Below the pieces are notes generated by a model. The model searched no databases. It saw nothing but the letters and a program-made list of their open reading frames with translations, and had not been told where the DNA came from. The translations under genes were made by a program, and so were the position numbers. A stretch of DNA of 63,024 nt, counting the filler, from Nemertoderma westbladi (taxonomy: Eukaryota > Animalia > Xenacoelomorpha): NCBI GenBank assembly GCA_032718475.1. It is 4 parts of 4 records of this genome, joined end to end, with 100 filler letters (N's around TTAATTAATTAA, not from the genome) between each part and the next. Parts side by side here need not be neighbours in the genome. Positions count along the whole stretch, not along the records: positions 34,093 to 53,592 come from JAUCBJ010007940.1; positions 53,693 to 63,024 come from JAUCBJ010002046.1; 2 more parts are not named here. One strand, written 5' to 3'. This document shows positions 48,747 through 61,779 of this stretch, one piece after another; the first letter of the stretch is position 1, and each line of letters starts with the position of its first letter.

Positions 48747-49436
48747 TTAGTTACTGAGTTCTGAAGCTGATGTCTTAGCCGCCTGAATTAGAGCAAATGC
48801 TGTAGAAGCCTCTTGAGGTTTTATGATGGTGTCATATACGTTGCGTTGGGTCTTGAGGGACTGCGCCATTAATTTGGCGACCCGATTTTGGTCACTCTCT
48901 GACCCCGCCAGATCCTGATTAAGGAAACTAACTGTATGGCGTACAGCTGTGGTACCGGCCTTTGAAGTAGATTGTGGTAGTATTATACTCCATATACGCT
49001 GCAACTGATAAGATATACTGGTATACCTTCTCCCACCTGAAGTTATGAATATGAGGTTTTGCGCACTTTGGTCACAACAAGGAGAATATATGTTGCGCCC
49101 GTACTTTAGCCAAATTCCTAGAAGATCATACGTCTCAGGTAATAGTACGAATATTTGCGACCCGTAAGTTTTTGCAGTTTTATGATTTTCGACTTTTATG
49201 GTCCACGAACCTTTACTAAAGTTTGCACTACTATAGTTATCATCTGTCATATTCAGAAGCGGAGAAGATCGTGATGCATTACTATATGCAATTAGAGACA
49301 TTAAATAAGATTGCATCTGCCATAATGGCACATTGATTTCATTGAGCCTAGGTAACGACTTAATAGCATCTCGAATCGTGCCGGAAATAGAAGATGTCTC
49401 GAACGTGGATAATTCTGTAGGCGTAGGCATAGGCAT
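48747..49436 (-). CDS. Tyrosine recombinase-like catalytic domain (Crypton-type/eukaryotic YR), probably partial
   Basis: NASRSSPLLNM (Arg), VENHKTAKTYG (Lys), TTAVRH (second Arg), and LMAQSLKTQRNVYD (Tyr; Q where His is usual). Confidence 0.65.
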   Translation of the reverse strand: MPMPTPTELSTFETSSISGTIRDAIKSLPRLNEINVPLWQMQSYLMSLIAYSNASRSSPLLNMTDDNYSSANFSKGSWTIKVENHKTAKTYGSQIFVLLPETYDLLGIWLKYGRNIYSPCCDQSAQNLIFITSGGRRYTSISYQLQRIWSIILPQSTSKAGTTAVRHTVSFLNQDLAGSESDQNRVAKLMAQSLKTQRNVYDTIIKPQEASTAFALIQAAKTSASELSN

Positions 49437-50449
49437 CGTATCCGCCTTTTCTTGTAGGCCTACTGCCCATAAATTGTTGGCTTTCTACACTGCTACAAGT
49501 GTTTCTTCACTCCGGGAGATGCATTCTTTGACAAATGGAGAAAATAATACAGTAATAATAGTAGAGTGGTCTAGTAGAGTGGTACCGGTAGTCTACCTAC
49601 ACTCACTGGTCATTTCAGCACAGACAACTGACTACTGACAGCAGACCGGTATATACAGTAGAACTACAGCCCGACAGAGCTACAGCCAGTGTACGTGTAC
49701 CTACAGTAAAAGAGTACTACCAGAAGTGGGTACCAAGATACCGGTACTGCAGTACTGTAGTGTGGCTGTAACAGCTGTACAGCCCGGTCTTTTGTCTGAC
49801 AGTCCTGCGGTCTGCAGCACCCAGGTGCAAGCACTGCTCCACTGAGTCTGGAGTACAGGAGTAGGCCCCCTAGGTCAGTACGAACCGTACAGCCGTACTT
49901 AGGTCCTATGCTGCTATGCGAACATAATAATGAATAATATTGTAAATAGGTTAATTCAGTAATTAGAATTTAGATTCCGCTTTTTTAAATGCCTTTGATT
50001 GTCAATTCATGAATTTTATAGCTTTAATTAATAATATTCTGTCCATTTTAATTAATTGTTTATTGGTTTTATTCTGATGACAAAGACAAACAAACATTAA
50101 ACATGGCTCAATTATTCTGTAGAGGTAAAATCCATATTAAAATTAGATAAATGTATGCAACCAATTCAACCATTTCTCACATATACAGTACTTTTTCGAT
50201 ATAATATATTTTTGTTACGGTTACAGAGTGTAATAATGTATATACTTATTATTGAAATTTAGTAATTCGGCAGTGATCCCAACATTTACCTATTTTTAAT
50301 CTCCCTTTTAAATACTTACCCACTTTTAATCTGTCAAATTTACCTATTTTAATACGGAATTTACCCTTTTCCAATTATTTTTATTTCTAAACTTGCAATA
50401 AAACGTAATTTATAGTTGTTCAAGTGCTAGTACCAATCCAATTTGGCAC

Positions 50450-50790
50450 TGGCCTTGGGCCAGACACTATATAACATTGGAGGTGTCTCATTGGTTCCCC
50501 CAAGCTTGACACTAGAACAAAATCGCCTCCGCTTTGCAGGACATTGCTTTCGCCGTGAGGACCAGCCAGTGCATAATCTTGTACTTTGGCAGCGTCATGG
50601 AGTGAATAAGCATGGTGGACAGCCCATGACTTTCTTGAGACGCATCTTAAAGGACACTGGCCTTGAAGATGCGGATGATCTAGCAAATGACATGGGTGAT
50701 AGGGAGTTGTGGCGGTGCAATTTTGTTGATAAGCCGGCACAGCATTCTTAGAAATGCAGCTGCAATGCAGCATGCCGATCCTAGTAGTAC
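50450..50790 (+). mobile_element. RTE-clade-like LINE 3' fragment (second copy)
   Basis: RLRFAGHCFRREDQPVHNLVLW; nucleotide match to 6925-7250. Confidence 0.7.
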
Positions 50791-51561
50791 CAATCCAATC
50801 AAGGAGGGTAGCTTAGGGGACTCACGTATAGGGAATTAACATATTACGTATTGCTCAGACTCAGAAAGGGGTGGGGGGGGGGGGGGGGTCGGGAATAAAG
50901 TTGTCACGTTGAAATTTCGGAAATGAAGTTGCAGGACGCCATAATTCTCTAAACTTTTTTCTCAACTAGACACAACGTATACAGTATTTCATAATAATTT
51001 ACTGAGTTGTTGCTGAGATATTGACATTGAGCCAGACCGACAGTCGATGGGCGGACATGCACAACACCGATTTGACTCTGTATCAAACTGTAAGCTAAGG
51101 AAATTTTTCTATACAAAATGATATACAGTATCTTCCCATATTCTCAACCGGGTGGGTTAGGCCTCGTTTCGCTCGTCCTGAAGGCCCCACACAAATTCGA
51201 CTTGTAAAGTTTCTAAACTTTTGCCAAACTACTTGTGTACCAAATTTGGTTAGATTTCATCGAAGATTACCTTGGGGGGGGGGGGGGGGGGAATTATATA
51301 TCACATATGACAAAACAATATCTATGCAAACGATATGGTTTACTAAGAGTTTGTGGTGTGGGTTATACTGTAGATGTGTTACCTGCTGCTGGTCACCCAT
51401 GAGTTTAAATCGTAACGGTTAGTCTGTTCAGTGCATTTGTAAGCACATTAGGTTTATTCTGGCACACACACAACACAAAAATTATCTTACTTAATTTTAT
51501 TTACGAACGTGAGGTTAAACGCCAATTTAGTTATAAAATGTATGGCATGCGCCAATATTAA

Positions 51562-52467
51562 CCCTATTTGACCGGGATGGGGGGTGGGGGTGTTTTATAA
51601 ATTTTTAGTAATTCATCTGTATCTTTGAAACAGATATGTTGTGAACACCGAGATTTAATGATTTTTCCTAAATTTTTATGGGCTATCCAACAGTGCAAAC
51701 GGCAATTCAATAGGCAATTCAATATGGGCTGTAGTCTCATTTTGCAACCCATCTCCAGTATTTTTCGTGCTGAAATTTTCAAAACATTGTACGTTACGCT
51801 TCAATAAACTAAGTTTCGGTATATATAAGTTTTTTCGGAGTTGATCAAACTAAGTTTCGGTATATAGAGGTTTTTTCGGATGGTGATCACGATTATGACA
51901 CAAAAATATTAAATGTTTTATTGACGTATTTTTGCACATGTGTGCCACAGTGGAACGATATAGTGCCACCATGAAAATGGTGGCACTATATCGTAAACGA
52001 TTTTTAACAGGTTGAATCGTAATCAGCGCCCTCAAAAACCCATATACCTTCAGAATTATCCAACCAAATTCAACATTTGTCAGTTTAAAATTGTGTACTA
52101 CTTGTATTTTGCGTCCTGCCAGAACAGCACTAAAAAAATATGGTTGCACCACCATAAATTATTTTTTAACAAATTGTATCGTGATCAGCGATCTCAAAAA
52201 CCCATAACACACCGGAAATTTTTCAAAATTTTCAATTTTCTGAAAACATTTTTAATTAACGTAAAGTGACATCCACTTCACATTCAAACGTTCACTTCAA
52301 GGTCCCAAAATTGTTACCATTCGATTCTCCATTATATTAAATATGTACAATACATACATTTTCCAAAAATTGTATAATTTTTCAGCCTTATAAAAAAAAC
52401 TAAAAATTTATAAAATGACCCGCCCCCGGGGCAAATAACGTTGTCGAAAAACATGGACCAGGTAGGG
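51562..52467. mobile_element. piggyBac-like non-autonomous element
   Basis: TTAA-CCCTA...TAGGG-TTAA. It splits a copy of the 43-47 kb repeat (CATGCGCCA..|..AATATGT). Confidence 0.75.
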
Positions 52468-52887
52468 TTAAATATGTCAAACATTTTGCTAATGTGGATA
52501 ACAAAAGTCTACATGTCGCCAGGCAGGGGTATAACTTTCTTTATGTAAGTTGGACGAAAATTTATTAATTCTCAAATCTAGTGGAATTTATTGAAATAAA
52601 CCTGCTCTAAATGACCCAAAGAACAAGCATATGGAGTGCTTGATGTGCTCACCACCTGACTTCCCCTACATGTAGCTGACTATAACTATTTGACCTTCCA
52701 TTGTTTGATTGTCATGTTTCTTAAACCATAATCGGTAATTCCCCCCCCCCCCCCCCCCCACCCCTCAAGAAATAGCAAAATAAAAGTTTCAAAATATAAA
52801 CACAATAAAATGTAATAAAATATGATGTCGAATAGCACAAAAAATTCTAAAAATGATGAATATAATAACAATTTCAAAACATCTAAT

Positions 52888-53335
52888 AATTTCTAAAATC
52901 TAAATATAGCACAACAAATTAAAAAAATACGAATTTACTGAGTCCTATGAGTGAACTATTAGGCACGCTATTTTGGTCCCTCTATGGTGTATAACTGTGG
53001 TGCCAGCCTTTAGATTGGGAGGCTAGGATCAAATACACATTGGACAAGAAGATACTTTTTCAATCTATACATTTCAAAACATATTTCAATAACAATTTCT
53101 AAAATCTAAATATAGCACAACAAATTAAAAAAATACGAATTTACTGAGTCCTATGAGTGAACTATTAGGCACGCTATTTTGGTCCCTCTATGGTGTATAA
53201 CTGTGGTGCCAGCCTTTAGATTGGGAGGCTAGAATCAAATATACATTGGACAAGAAGATACTTTTTCAATCTAAACATTTCGAAACATATTTCAATATAC
53301 AATTTCTAAAATCTAAATATAGCACAACAAATTAA
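52888..53335. repeat. 206-bp tandem repeat, variant of the 48-kb unit
   Basis: Same unit with a short deletion; TATAACTGTGG recurs at 52990 and 53196. Confidence 0.9.
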
Positions 53336-53592
53336 TTAAAATTCATGTTGGGGAATGTGGCGAGTAAAAATATTAAACGATAAAACAAAGGAAGGACTGT
53401 CAGCCACAGGTATGAAAAAATAGGTAATTAGGCCTAGCAGACGTTTATTCTTTATTATTTTACTGTATATGTGCGTTGTAGTTGTTGTGTACGGTGTATG
53501 CGTTTATATTATACTGTATGTGCTTTGTATATGTGTAATGTTTAGTGTTTATACCTTATTATTATACTGTATATATGCGTTGCAGTTGTCGT

Positions 53593-53692
53593 NNNNNNNN
53601 NNNNNNNNNNNNNNNNNNNNNNNNNNNNNNNNNNNNTTAATTAATTAANNNNNNNNNNNNNNNNNNNNNNNNNNNNNNNNNNNNNNNNNNNN
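53593..53692. other. Artificial contig linker
   Basis: N44-TTAATTAATTAA-N44. Confidence 0.98.
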
Positions 53693-55279
53693 TATAATAT
53701 AATAATCTTATTGTCAGGGTGAACATGTAGGAAGTAGTCCCTAACAACTTTGAAACCGCTATCCAACGGCAATATATCTGGTACCTCCAAAAGTTCGTCG
53801 TATTGAGGCATAGCTATCCTTCCTTCGACATGATGAGAGCGTTTACGGCCCAAAATCCCAAATGCGCTCTCATGGGGAAACGGCATCGCTGCGTCGACAC
53901 ATGTTCATCTGCTGGATTCTCCCAATGGTCGAATAACTGTCGAATAATTTTAACTGACATATGCTCATAGGGAACGTCCCTAAGTTGGCATTCAGATGCC
54001 CTATGACCTTTAATATTACAATATGTGCAGTGCATTGAGCCACGAAACGCCAGAAGGTGTAGAAAGTGTGTGAACGTTGATCCCCATACCAGTTGTATAC
54101 TAAATCTGGTAGAGATATATGTTTCGCTCCACATTTCTTTGCGTGATGGCCAGTAGCCCAAATAGCCAAATAGACCAAATAGCAGCATCTGCCACAAATG
54201 GTATTGGCAGGATACCAAACTTGCTCATAGATGAGATCTCCGATAGGGCGAGCTCTACCCTCCACGTGATAATTCCCATCATCCGGGTCAGTCAGTACGT
54301 TCGTCTCCGTGGGTTGTACACAAACCATGGCGTCGCTTTTCTCTAATTCGCGTATCTCGGTTCGCATCTTCCTCTTAAGATTCTCCTCTATCTCTATGAG
54401 TTGCCGCAACGGCTCGTCTATTATCACAGACTCGGTCGGATCCTCATCAACATGATGGGTGGTAGGCGCGCGCGCCTTCCAGGATCCTTCCGGGCCTTTG
54501 AACTCTGCGTGACGTTCCCCGTCGTAGGGTACTAACGTCAACATCAATGGTCTGCCGACTAGGCTTCCCACGTGAGTGAGATAAACGTCCCTAAAAACGC
54601 TAAGTCCTGCTCGCGTGAAAACTTCGCAATTTGCATCCGTGTTATAAAAGGGTTAGAGAAATCGGCGGAATACATCTGTATGTGTCCTTCCTCTATCGTA
54701 AATTGTATGTCCTTCGCAGAGACATAACGGATGTCACTTTAGAGTCCTAGACACTACACCGGTGATGAAGCACACATTTACCGAAGATTCAATCGCCAAA
54801 TAGTATTGCAAGATTATTCGTGGAGGTGAGGTAATCGCCCAATACACGCATCCTCGCCACTTCAGTTGTGGCTCAAACTCGTTTACGCCAGGGGTATCTC
54901 CCTCACCGTATACATCCGTGTATTTGCTCCTCTTACTCTCTTTATAATCCCAACTAAACATGAGATATGAGATATAACCCTTTCCAGTTTTTAGCGTGTT
55001 ATACTCCCTGAAATATCCTTGCTCGATAGCCCAAAGCAACAATGGTCTAGTATCCACGTAAGGCGTAGGCAATCGATCCTCCTCCTTGGGCATTCCTGCA
55101 AAATTGCTAATAAGGTCCTCCCATACACCGGATCCGATCTTGACGATACTCTTATTAAGTACAATGTCATGTACGGCCTTTGGCAACATCTTAGCTTCTA
55201 TGCTACAAGCCAGGTCCATGGATTTAATTATCCGTTTTATCATAGCGTGTCTTTTCATCGTTCCTTCCGGCATCGGCAT
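53693..55279 (-). pseudogene. Disrupted homologue of the 591-aa zinc-knuckle protein
   Basis: PTPYVDTRPLLLWAIEQGYFR vs PYPFVDTQLIAPWAEGRGFFR; FRRFL*PFYNTD vs FRRFLTPFRNVD; AGLSVFRDV vs AGFAVFQDV; CTYCNIKGHRASEC vs CHYCQLKGHESYNC; VRDYFLHVHP vs VRKYLRNVNP. Contains stops and frameshifts. Confidence 0.8.
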
Positions 55280-55381
55280 CTTTCTGTCGCTCCTCTGTCA
55301 GCTGAAGACGTGTATGTAGCACTCCATCAGGTGCTCGAATCTGTATGGTACGATTTTCTGAACTACACAACAGCGCCGCCT

Positions 55382-56053
55382 CTAACACATCACCAAACGT
55401 AACCGATGGGAGGAAATCCAGGTTCGAAATGATCTCCGGGATTCAACTATGGGAATCTCGTAAGTTGTCTCCTCTTGGGTTGGTATACTAATAGGAAAGC
55501 TGGTTGTTCTGGCGACCGGTACTACCACTTTGGTAGGATGGGGCTGAGGTTCTCGCGTCATCTCAACATGAGGTATCTGTAGTCTCTGCGACAAACGCTG
55601 AGCAAAGGTGATACTATTGAAGAGTTCGGGTATCATCTCCTTAGGTTCGGTTTGATCGTAGGATATCCAATAAAATGGTAGGCTCACGAGCCTTCTGCCG
55701 AACTCCTCGATCTCGCCTTTCTCATATGCTTTGTACGCCCTATAGAGGCTCAAAGCTTCCCGTTTCTCTTGTGTCGACTTATTAGACTCGTCTACTATCA
55801 TACTATAGATGTCTGGTTCGACTAATTTGGGTTCATAAATGACAATTTCGCCCGCGTTCGGTCCACTCATCTTAAACAAGTGGTACGGATTCGTCAAATG
55901 GTATCCGCCTTCTTGGTAACGCAGACTTTGGTGGTATAAACATCGTGCTAGTATCGGCTTGGGGTTCTCTGAGTTCAAGTATATAGGAATCGCATTGTTT
56001 TGCTCACGCATACATCCTCCACATTTATAGAACAGTTTATAAATGGAGAACAC
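55382..56053 (-). CDS. Hypothetical accessory ORF (up to 223 aa; start uncertain)
   Basis: Open, complex-composition ORF tightly packed between same-strand neighbours, with a CGGC..CLYH motif. Confidence 0.5.
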   Translation of the reverse strand: MFSIYKLFYKCGGCMREQNNAIPIYLNSENPKPILARCLYHQSLRYQEGGYHLTNPYHLFKMSGPNAGEIVIYEPKLVEPDIYSMIVDESNKSTQEKREALSLYRAYKAYEKGEIEEFGRRLVSLPFYWISYDQTEPKEMIPELFNSITFAQRLSQRLQIPHVEMTREPQPHPTKVVVPVARTTSFPISIPTQEETTYEIPIVESRRSFRTWISSHRLRLVMC

Positions 56054-56065
56054 ATCCTTGGTCTC

Positions 56066-56390
56066 TTAATCCGCTCCTCGAGCGCGTCTATAAAGATGCA
56101 TTCCATCGAATTCGTCCCTAGCTGCAGGCAAGGGTTCACTCGCCGTCAAATATTGAAGCATGTGATATAATCGGCGTATCTTCGTGTCTGGATCCTCGCA
56201 AATGTCGCTAGCGTCGCATAACACATCGTAGGGGTACAACGCATTGAACACCGCACGTAACTCCTCCGCTCTTTTGTTATAAGCGTCCAACCACTGTCTC
56301 GTAACATTCGGGTCCGCCTTGGATTTAGCGAGCTTGGCCGTACTCATAGCCATACTCTCCACTCCAAACACGTTAAAATTTTGGCTCCAT
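56066..56390 (-). CDS. Hypothetical accessory ORF (~100 aa; possible 5' frameshift)
   Basis: ORF 56066-56371. The ATG at 56390 is one base out of frame, and a TATATAAG box lies ~60 nt upstream (56446-56453). Confidence 0.4.
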
Positions 56391-57179
56391 ATCGATTAAA
56401 CGGCGCCTGGTGCTCCTGCTCCTGCGTAAATCCCTGACGTAACTCCTTATATATCTTCTCCGCCATCATATACACGTATATATGGTTACGTATAGTTACG
56501 TTCTACTAGATGAAGCACAAATAGAGGTTAGATGTGAGGAGATTTGGAGTTTTGTCGGCTTTTGGCTCAACTTTGCTCTAAAACCCCTACCCATTTGCCT
56601 AAGACTTTGGGTTTTGAATGATTTCGCACTGGCTCCTAATCCAAAACAAAATGTGCCGATAAAAAACGAATTCCGGATAAACTAGCCGCGAGTCTAAAAT
56701 ACTCACCTTTTAATCCCAAACTACTTCCCAAAGAAAATAGTGCAGTCGAGAATTAATTCGGTCTAAAATAATAGTAGACACGACTACGTAGAACAAGGCC
56801 GATTTTCTTTTCCAAAAAAATTTATCGGTAGGCTCGCAAGCCTTCCATCCGCTCTTGTCCTCCCCAATTTTAATTTTTATCTAGCTGTATCCTAGAATCC
56901 ATATCCACTGGAGAATCGTTTTTCCTAAATTTAAATCCAAATGAATGGATTATGGATTTGTCTAATAATTTTGAAAATTGTCTCACTTGTGGGTTCCAAG
57001 TGGAATTCCATTCCTACTGTACACACAATCCCGCTCCTATGTGATACATAAGGGTACTACCCTCTATGTTCACATATAAAGATAATGGAATTCCACTGCT
57101 GCCTTTATCTACAGTGAAGAGGAATACAAATGTACATACAGTAATACAAAATACCAAAAATCGCTAAAATACAGTAAGG

Positions 57180-59062
57180 TTATGTGGCGACCATCAAGGG
57201 TCCCACATCTCTATTTACTGAGATTGGGTGGAGATTTGTAGTCCCTGTCTCGTTTCTAGTCTCCTCAAGGAGCACGAGACGTTGTACAGGCCTATCTATG
57301 GTACAACCGCAATAGTCCGTACAGTAACTGTCCTTACTACACCTGATGTCGGGTGCGTGGTCAAAATGACTCCAGTCAGCCAAAAGATCAAAGAAAAATC
57401 TCAAACATCGGGTATTAAGATACCAAGAGGTTCGAGTCGAAATAGAGGGCAAATAGTGCTTCTGCCATATTTCCCAGAATTTGTTAGCTAACAATTGAGT
57501 GATTTTCCAAGCTTTGTTGCCATATCCGTCACTATCGACAGGTACCGAAGTGGGCAACAATGTCGTCGGCGCGTGCATAAACAGGTCCGCTGGTGTCACG
57601 GCAAACTGTGAGTCATTGTTGTCTGGGATCAAAGCGATTGGTCGAGTGTTTAACACTGATTCGAATTCTATTAACAACGTCGTCAGTTGGTCGTCTGATA
57701 AGATGCGTTGTGTCGGTATTACTTTCACCATAGCCGTCTTAATTGACCCAATCAGTCTTTCCCAAATGCCGCCTCTCCACGGACTGTCAGAAGTGTTAAA
57801 GCTTCAGACATTATGGTGAGGACGTAGTTCATCGGAAATCTGGTTTTGGTCCAACCTCTTTAAGGCTCTAGTGATTTCATTCCATGCACCTACAAAGTTA
57901 GTCCCTTGGTCGCAATAAATGGATTTGACCAATCCATGTCTAGCAATAAATCGCCGTAAAGCTAGGATAAAGGCGTTGGTAGTTAAATCTGTCATATGCT
58001 CTATATGGATAGCTCTGCTGGCCATGCAAGTGTTTCAGTGTTTCATCAATCCCCAGTGTTTTACCTGTACCCTTACCCCCTCAAATACTTAACTTAACCC
58101 CTCGAGATTATGGGTCCAAAACAGTCTATCCCTGTCTCAGTGAAAGGGGGTCTAAAGGCCTGTAACCTTGCTAATGGTAGTTCACTCATCTCTTGGTGTC
58201 CTATCCTCGCATGCACCTTCTTACAAATAATACAGTTTCATGTTAACGAACTCAATGCCTTGCTAGGCCTAATCAGTACAAACCTCAAGCGTAAGTGTGA
58301 TAGACAGTGATGCCTACCTACGTGTTTGAGTCGTACATGTGCGTCCAGTATCATAATGCGCTGTAATTCATGGTGTTGCGGTATGATGATAGGATACCTA
58401 AAATCTAGTGCGAAGTCAATGTTTTGGAGTCTGGACTCTTTGTCTATGACAAAGTAAGCCCTTATAAATTATCGGACTCCAACTCAAGATCGGTGAAGAC
58501 TTGATCTGTTTACCCTGATTGATAGCTGTGAATTCTCGTGAGAAATATCGCAATTGATAATGTCTGATAATATCAACTTCACAAAGACCAACTTCATCCA
58601 AGGTAAGTCTTCTAGGAAAGTTGCGTTTGCCTCTGGCATATTGTCTCAAACATTTGAGCCATGCTAACTTGCGGCACGCGTCAGTCCATGATGTAGTTAG
58701 GTTAACTATCCTGTCAACGTAAGTGTTGGTGACGTCATCAGGAAACATTTGAGCCATGCTAACATGCGGCACGCGTCAGTCCATGATCTAGTTAGGTTAA
58801 CTATCCTGTCAACGTAAGTGTTGGTGACGTCATCAGGTAAGGTATAGTCAAAGTGTGCGTACTTGTTCGGACTTGGTAGGCCCACAGGCCTTCCGGTGAG
58901 TGTCTCCTTTTGTACAATAGGTTTGTCTGAGTCCTCAAGTATTTCAATCTCCACGGTCTTACTTTTACCATCCGCACTCAGTGAATTGACTGGCAGTAAC
59001 GGTTTCAATTCTACGGTATCGGTGTGTTCCTGTGGGCTTGTAAGCCTCCTAACCTTAGTCAC
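57180..59062 (-). pseudogene. BEL/Pao retrotransposon pol 3' part (integrase and C-terminal domain), decayed and 5'-truncated
   Basis: CMASRAIHIE..LTTNAFILALRRFIAR..YCDQGTNFVGA, ESVLNTRPI, KFWEIWQKHYL and RPVQRLVLLE. Frameshifts, including a 95-bp tandem duplication at 58648-58837. Confidence 0.9.
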
Positions 59063-61779
59063 GCGTTTACCTGTAGACTGTACTTGGGTTTGGGTGGGGG
59101 TAGTGTTTGATTATAATAAACAGCATGATCAATTCTCAAGTTTATATATTATTATACGTCCATATTATATTATACTTTATCAACACATTGACTGAGACGA
59201 TATTATTTTAACCTACTCTCCTCCTGATCTCCGCAGCATTTAGAATTCCCTGGCAAAACTCTTCTTCGCAATCTCCTCAATTTATTGGCACATACATATC
59301 GCTCTTCGATTGTCTCCCATGGGCGAACTATACGAACTGTACGCGCGTGACGGCGTTTATTGAGTGGGGTTTTTTTGGTTGGTTGAATGGATGAAGACAA
59401 AACTCTCATGTTCTTGGCAGACTCTACTCCGTCCTTGATCCGCTCACATCACAGTAGGCCAAGCCTATCTTTATTTGATTTGTTATTTACTTTAGGCCTA
59501 TTAAATTTTTATTTATATGTTGAAGCTTTATATTTACTTTGTATTTACTTGTGTATTATTGACCGGACCCTTATTACCTCAGCTTTTTGTGACCGGACCC
59601 ATAATCTTGTAACATGCCTTAACTTTCGTTTAATGTTTTGGTTCCCACCAACGCCAACACATGAACATGCCTCTGGAACCTGGTCCTTTACTAATCTGCT
59701 GCCTGCTCCTTTCTGCCTTTAATTAAATGGCAATGGGTCTGGTCAACGGGTCCTGTCAATTGAGCAAAGGGTCCGTTCAGTAGATTTTGCCCAGTTAGGC
59801 CTACTGTATTACAGAGTTAAGGTTAACGGCCATCATTCATGCCTAGAAACCTGCCCTGCTAACCAGACACGCTACACGCTATTATACCAAACGTTTGTTT
59901 ATATGCTTGAATCATGTTGACATGTTTTTTTTCTAAACTTGTTTTAATCAACATGTTATTTTAACATCTAAATAACATAATATCCAATCATGTTATAATC
60001 AAACATTTGTTGATCACGTTTTTATGATACCTAAATGTAACATGTTTTATCATGTAATTATTTAACATTTGTTTTACACGTTATTGTGTAACATAAATCA
60101 TACATGTTTATTCCAGCTGTTTGTTAAATGCTACTTTGTCGTGTTGAACAAACGTCCTGTACATCATTGCTGCATTGCCAATATGTTTTAAGGCTGTTTG
60201 AATAAACCGCCTAAAATTTACCGCCAAATTCGTTTATAGGCCTATAAATCATGCAGCAGTGCATGCAGTACTGCAGTACATCAGTCAGTCAGTAGACACT
60301 CCACTGCCTGCCCCAGCTTACCAGCACCCACTCAGCCACATTCTGAGAGCTTGACAGTAGTGCTGCAGGTAGGCAGTGTGTAGGCCAGCTGTTTACTGGT
60401 TTAAGTGCTGCAATAGGGTTGACCATACTGCCATATGTTTGTTTACTGCCGTATGCCTATATTAACTGTTTTAAGTTATTTTTAATTAAGCTTCATACTG
60501 CCTGACTGCTGGACTGTCATATAAACTGATAAATCTTTTTATATTATACATTATATGTTATATAGGCCTACATAACATATATAATACATAATACTGTAAT
60601 ATATGTCATATACATTATATATTATTTATGTACATTATATAGGCCTAGGCCTAGCAGCCTAGCCTAATTGTATTGTAATACCAGAATACAGTAATATGTC
60701 TGTATGTAATGCAGTCAGGCAGTGCAGTGCCAGTAATTCGATGACGACGATAGTTTAGATTGGGCTCTGTCTTCCTGGCGCTGGTTGGTCGAAACAACAG
60801 GCAAGCCTGCAAGCGGCAAAGGCTGCACTGGCAGACTGGCTGACTGGAAAAATATTATGGCCTCCTCGAAATGCCGGCCTACTACCGGTACAGCGGTACG
60901 TTGGAAAGAATTTTCGAATCCAGATCTTCTGTCAACTGTCAAGTTGGCCCACATTTAATGCGAAGGTTCTTCACTTAACAGGTTTGTATTGAACTTGAAT
61001 AGGCTTCTTACACATCGTTATTTCAGTGATTCAAGTGATTAAAATCCTAATCCTGTAATCTATTTGGATCAAATAGAGGGAAAAAGCGCCGGCGGTCGGA
61101 AGTAAATTACACATGCGGTCCCAGGCAGCCAGCTAAAGATACGCATCAGATTCTGGCGATGAGGTTATTATTTTACTTACTACTAGGCCTTGCTGTTAGG
61201 TTAGGCCCACTTGGTACTTTGGGCCGTTTATAAATCGTCAGATCGTGCATATGCTTAAACTGTAATTTAAAATAAAACATGCCTTACTCTGGCTATCTAT
61301 GGTAGGTAAGTAAATGTTTGCTTTATTTTTTACTCATTTCCTCTTTATAAACCAGTCCCCAGTGCAGTGGTAATGTGAAACAGTCTGTGATGGGTTGTGG
61401 TGACTTGTGCACGTTGATCTAATTGCTCCAATGCTATATGTATATATATTATTATCATTTTAGGTGGAATATATGAGCGACAATGAATCCAATCATGTTT
61501 CCAATACGATACTCACACTGATTACCCAGACAACTAACAATACGTTGATCATTGATACTCAGAGGTGAGTTGTGATACCGCCTCTCCCTCTATCTACAAC
61601 CTAACCCTATTCTAAGACAACACTAAACTCTAGACTTACCTAACCAAACCCTTTCACCAAGCTACCACTATATATCCCATGGCGATATTTTCTCGAAATA
61701 TTTTCCAGTCTCGATGTTTTATATATCGAGACGCTTTTTTATACTTTTGGAAGCAGAGGCAGAAGTTGGGCGAGACAGA

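Noticed and set aside
60700-61120. Possible promoter or first exon (CGGAAGT motif, 79-aa ORF)
   Set aside because: No recognisable coding homology or splice structure, so not supportable.
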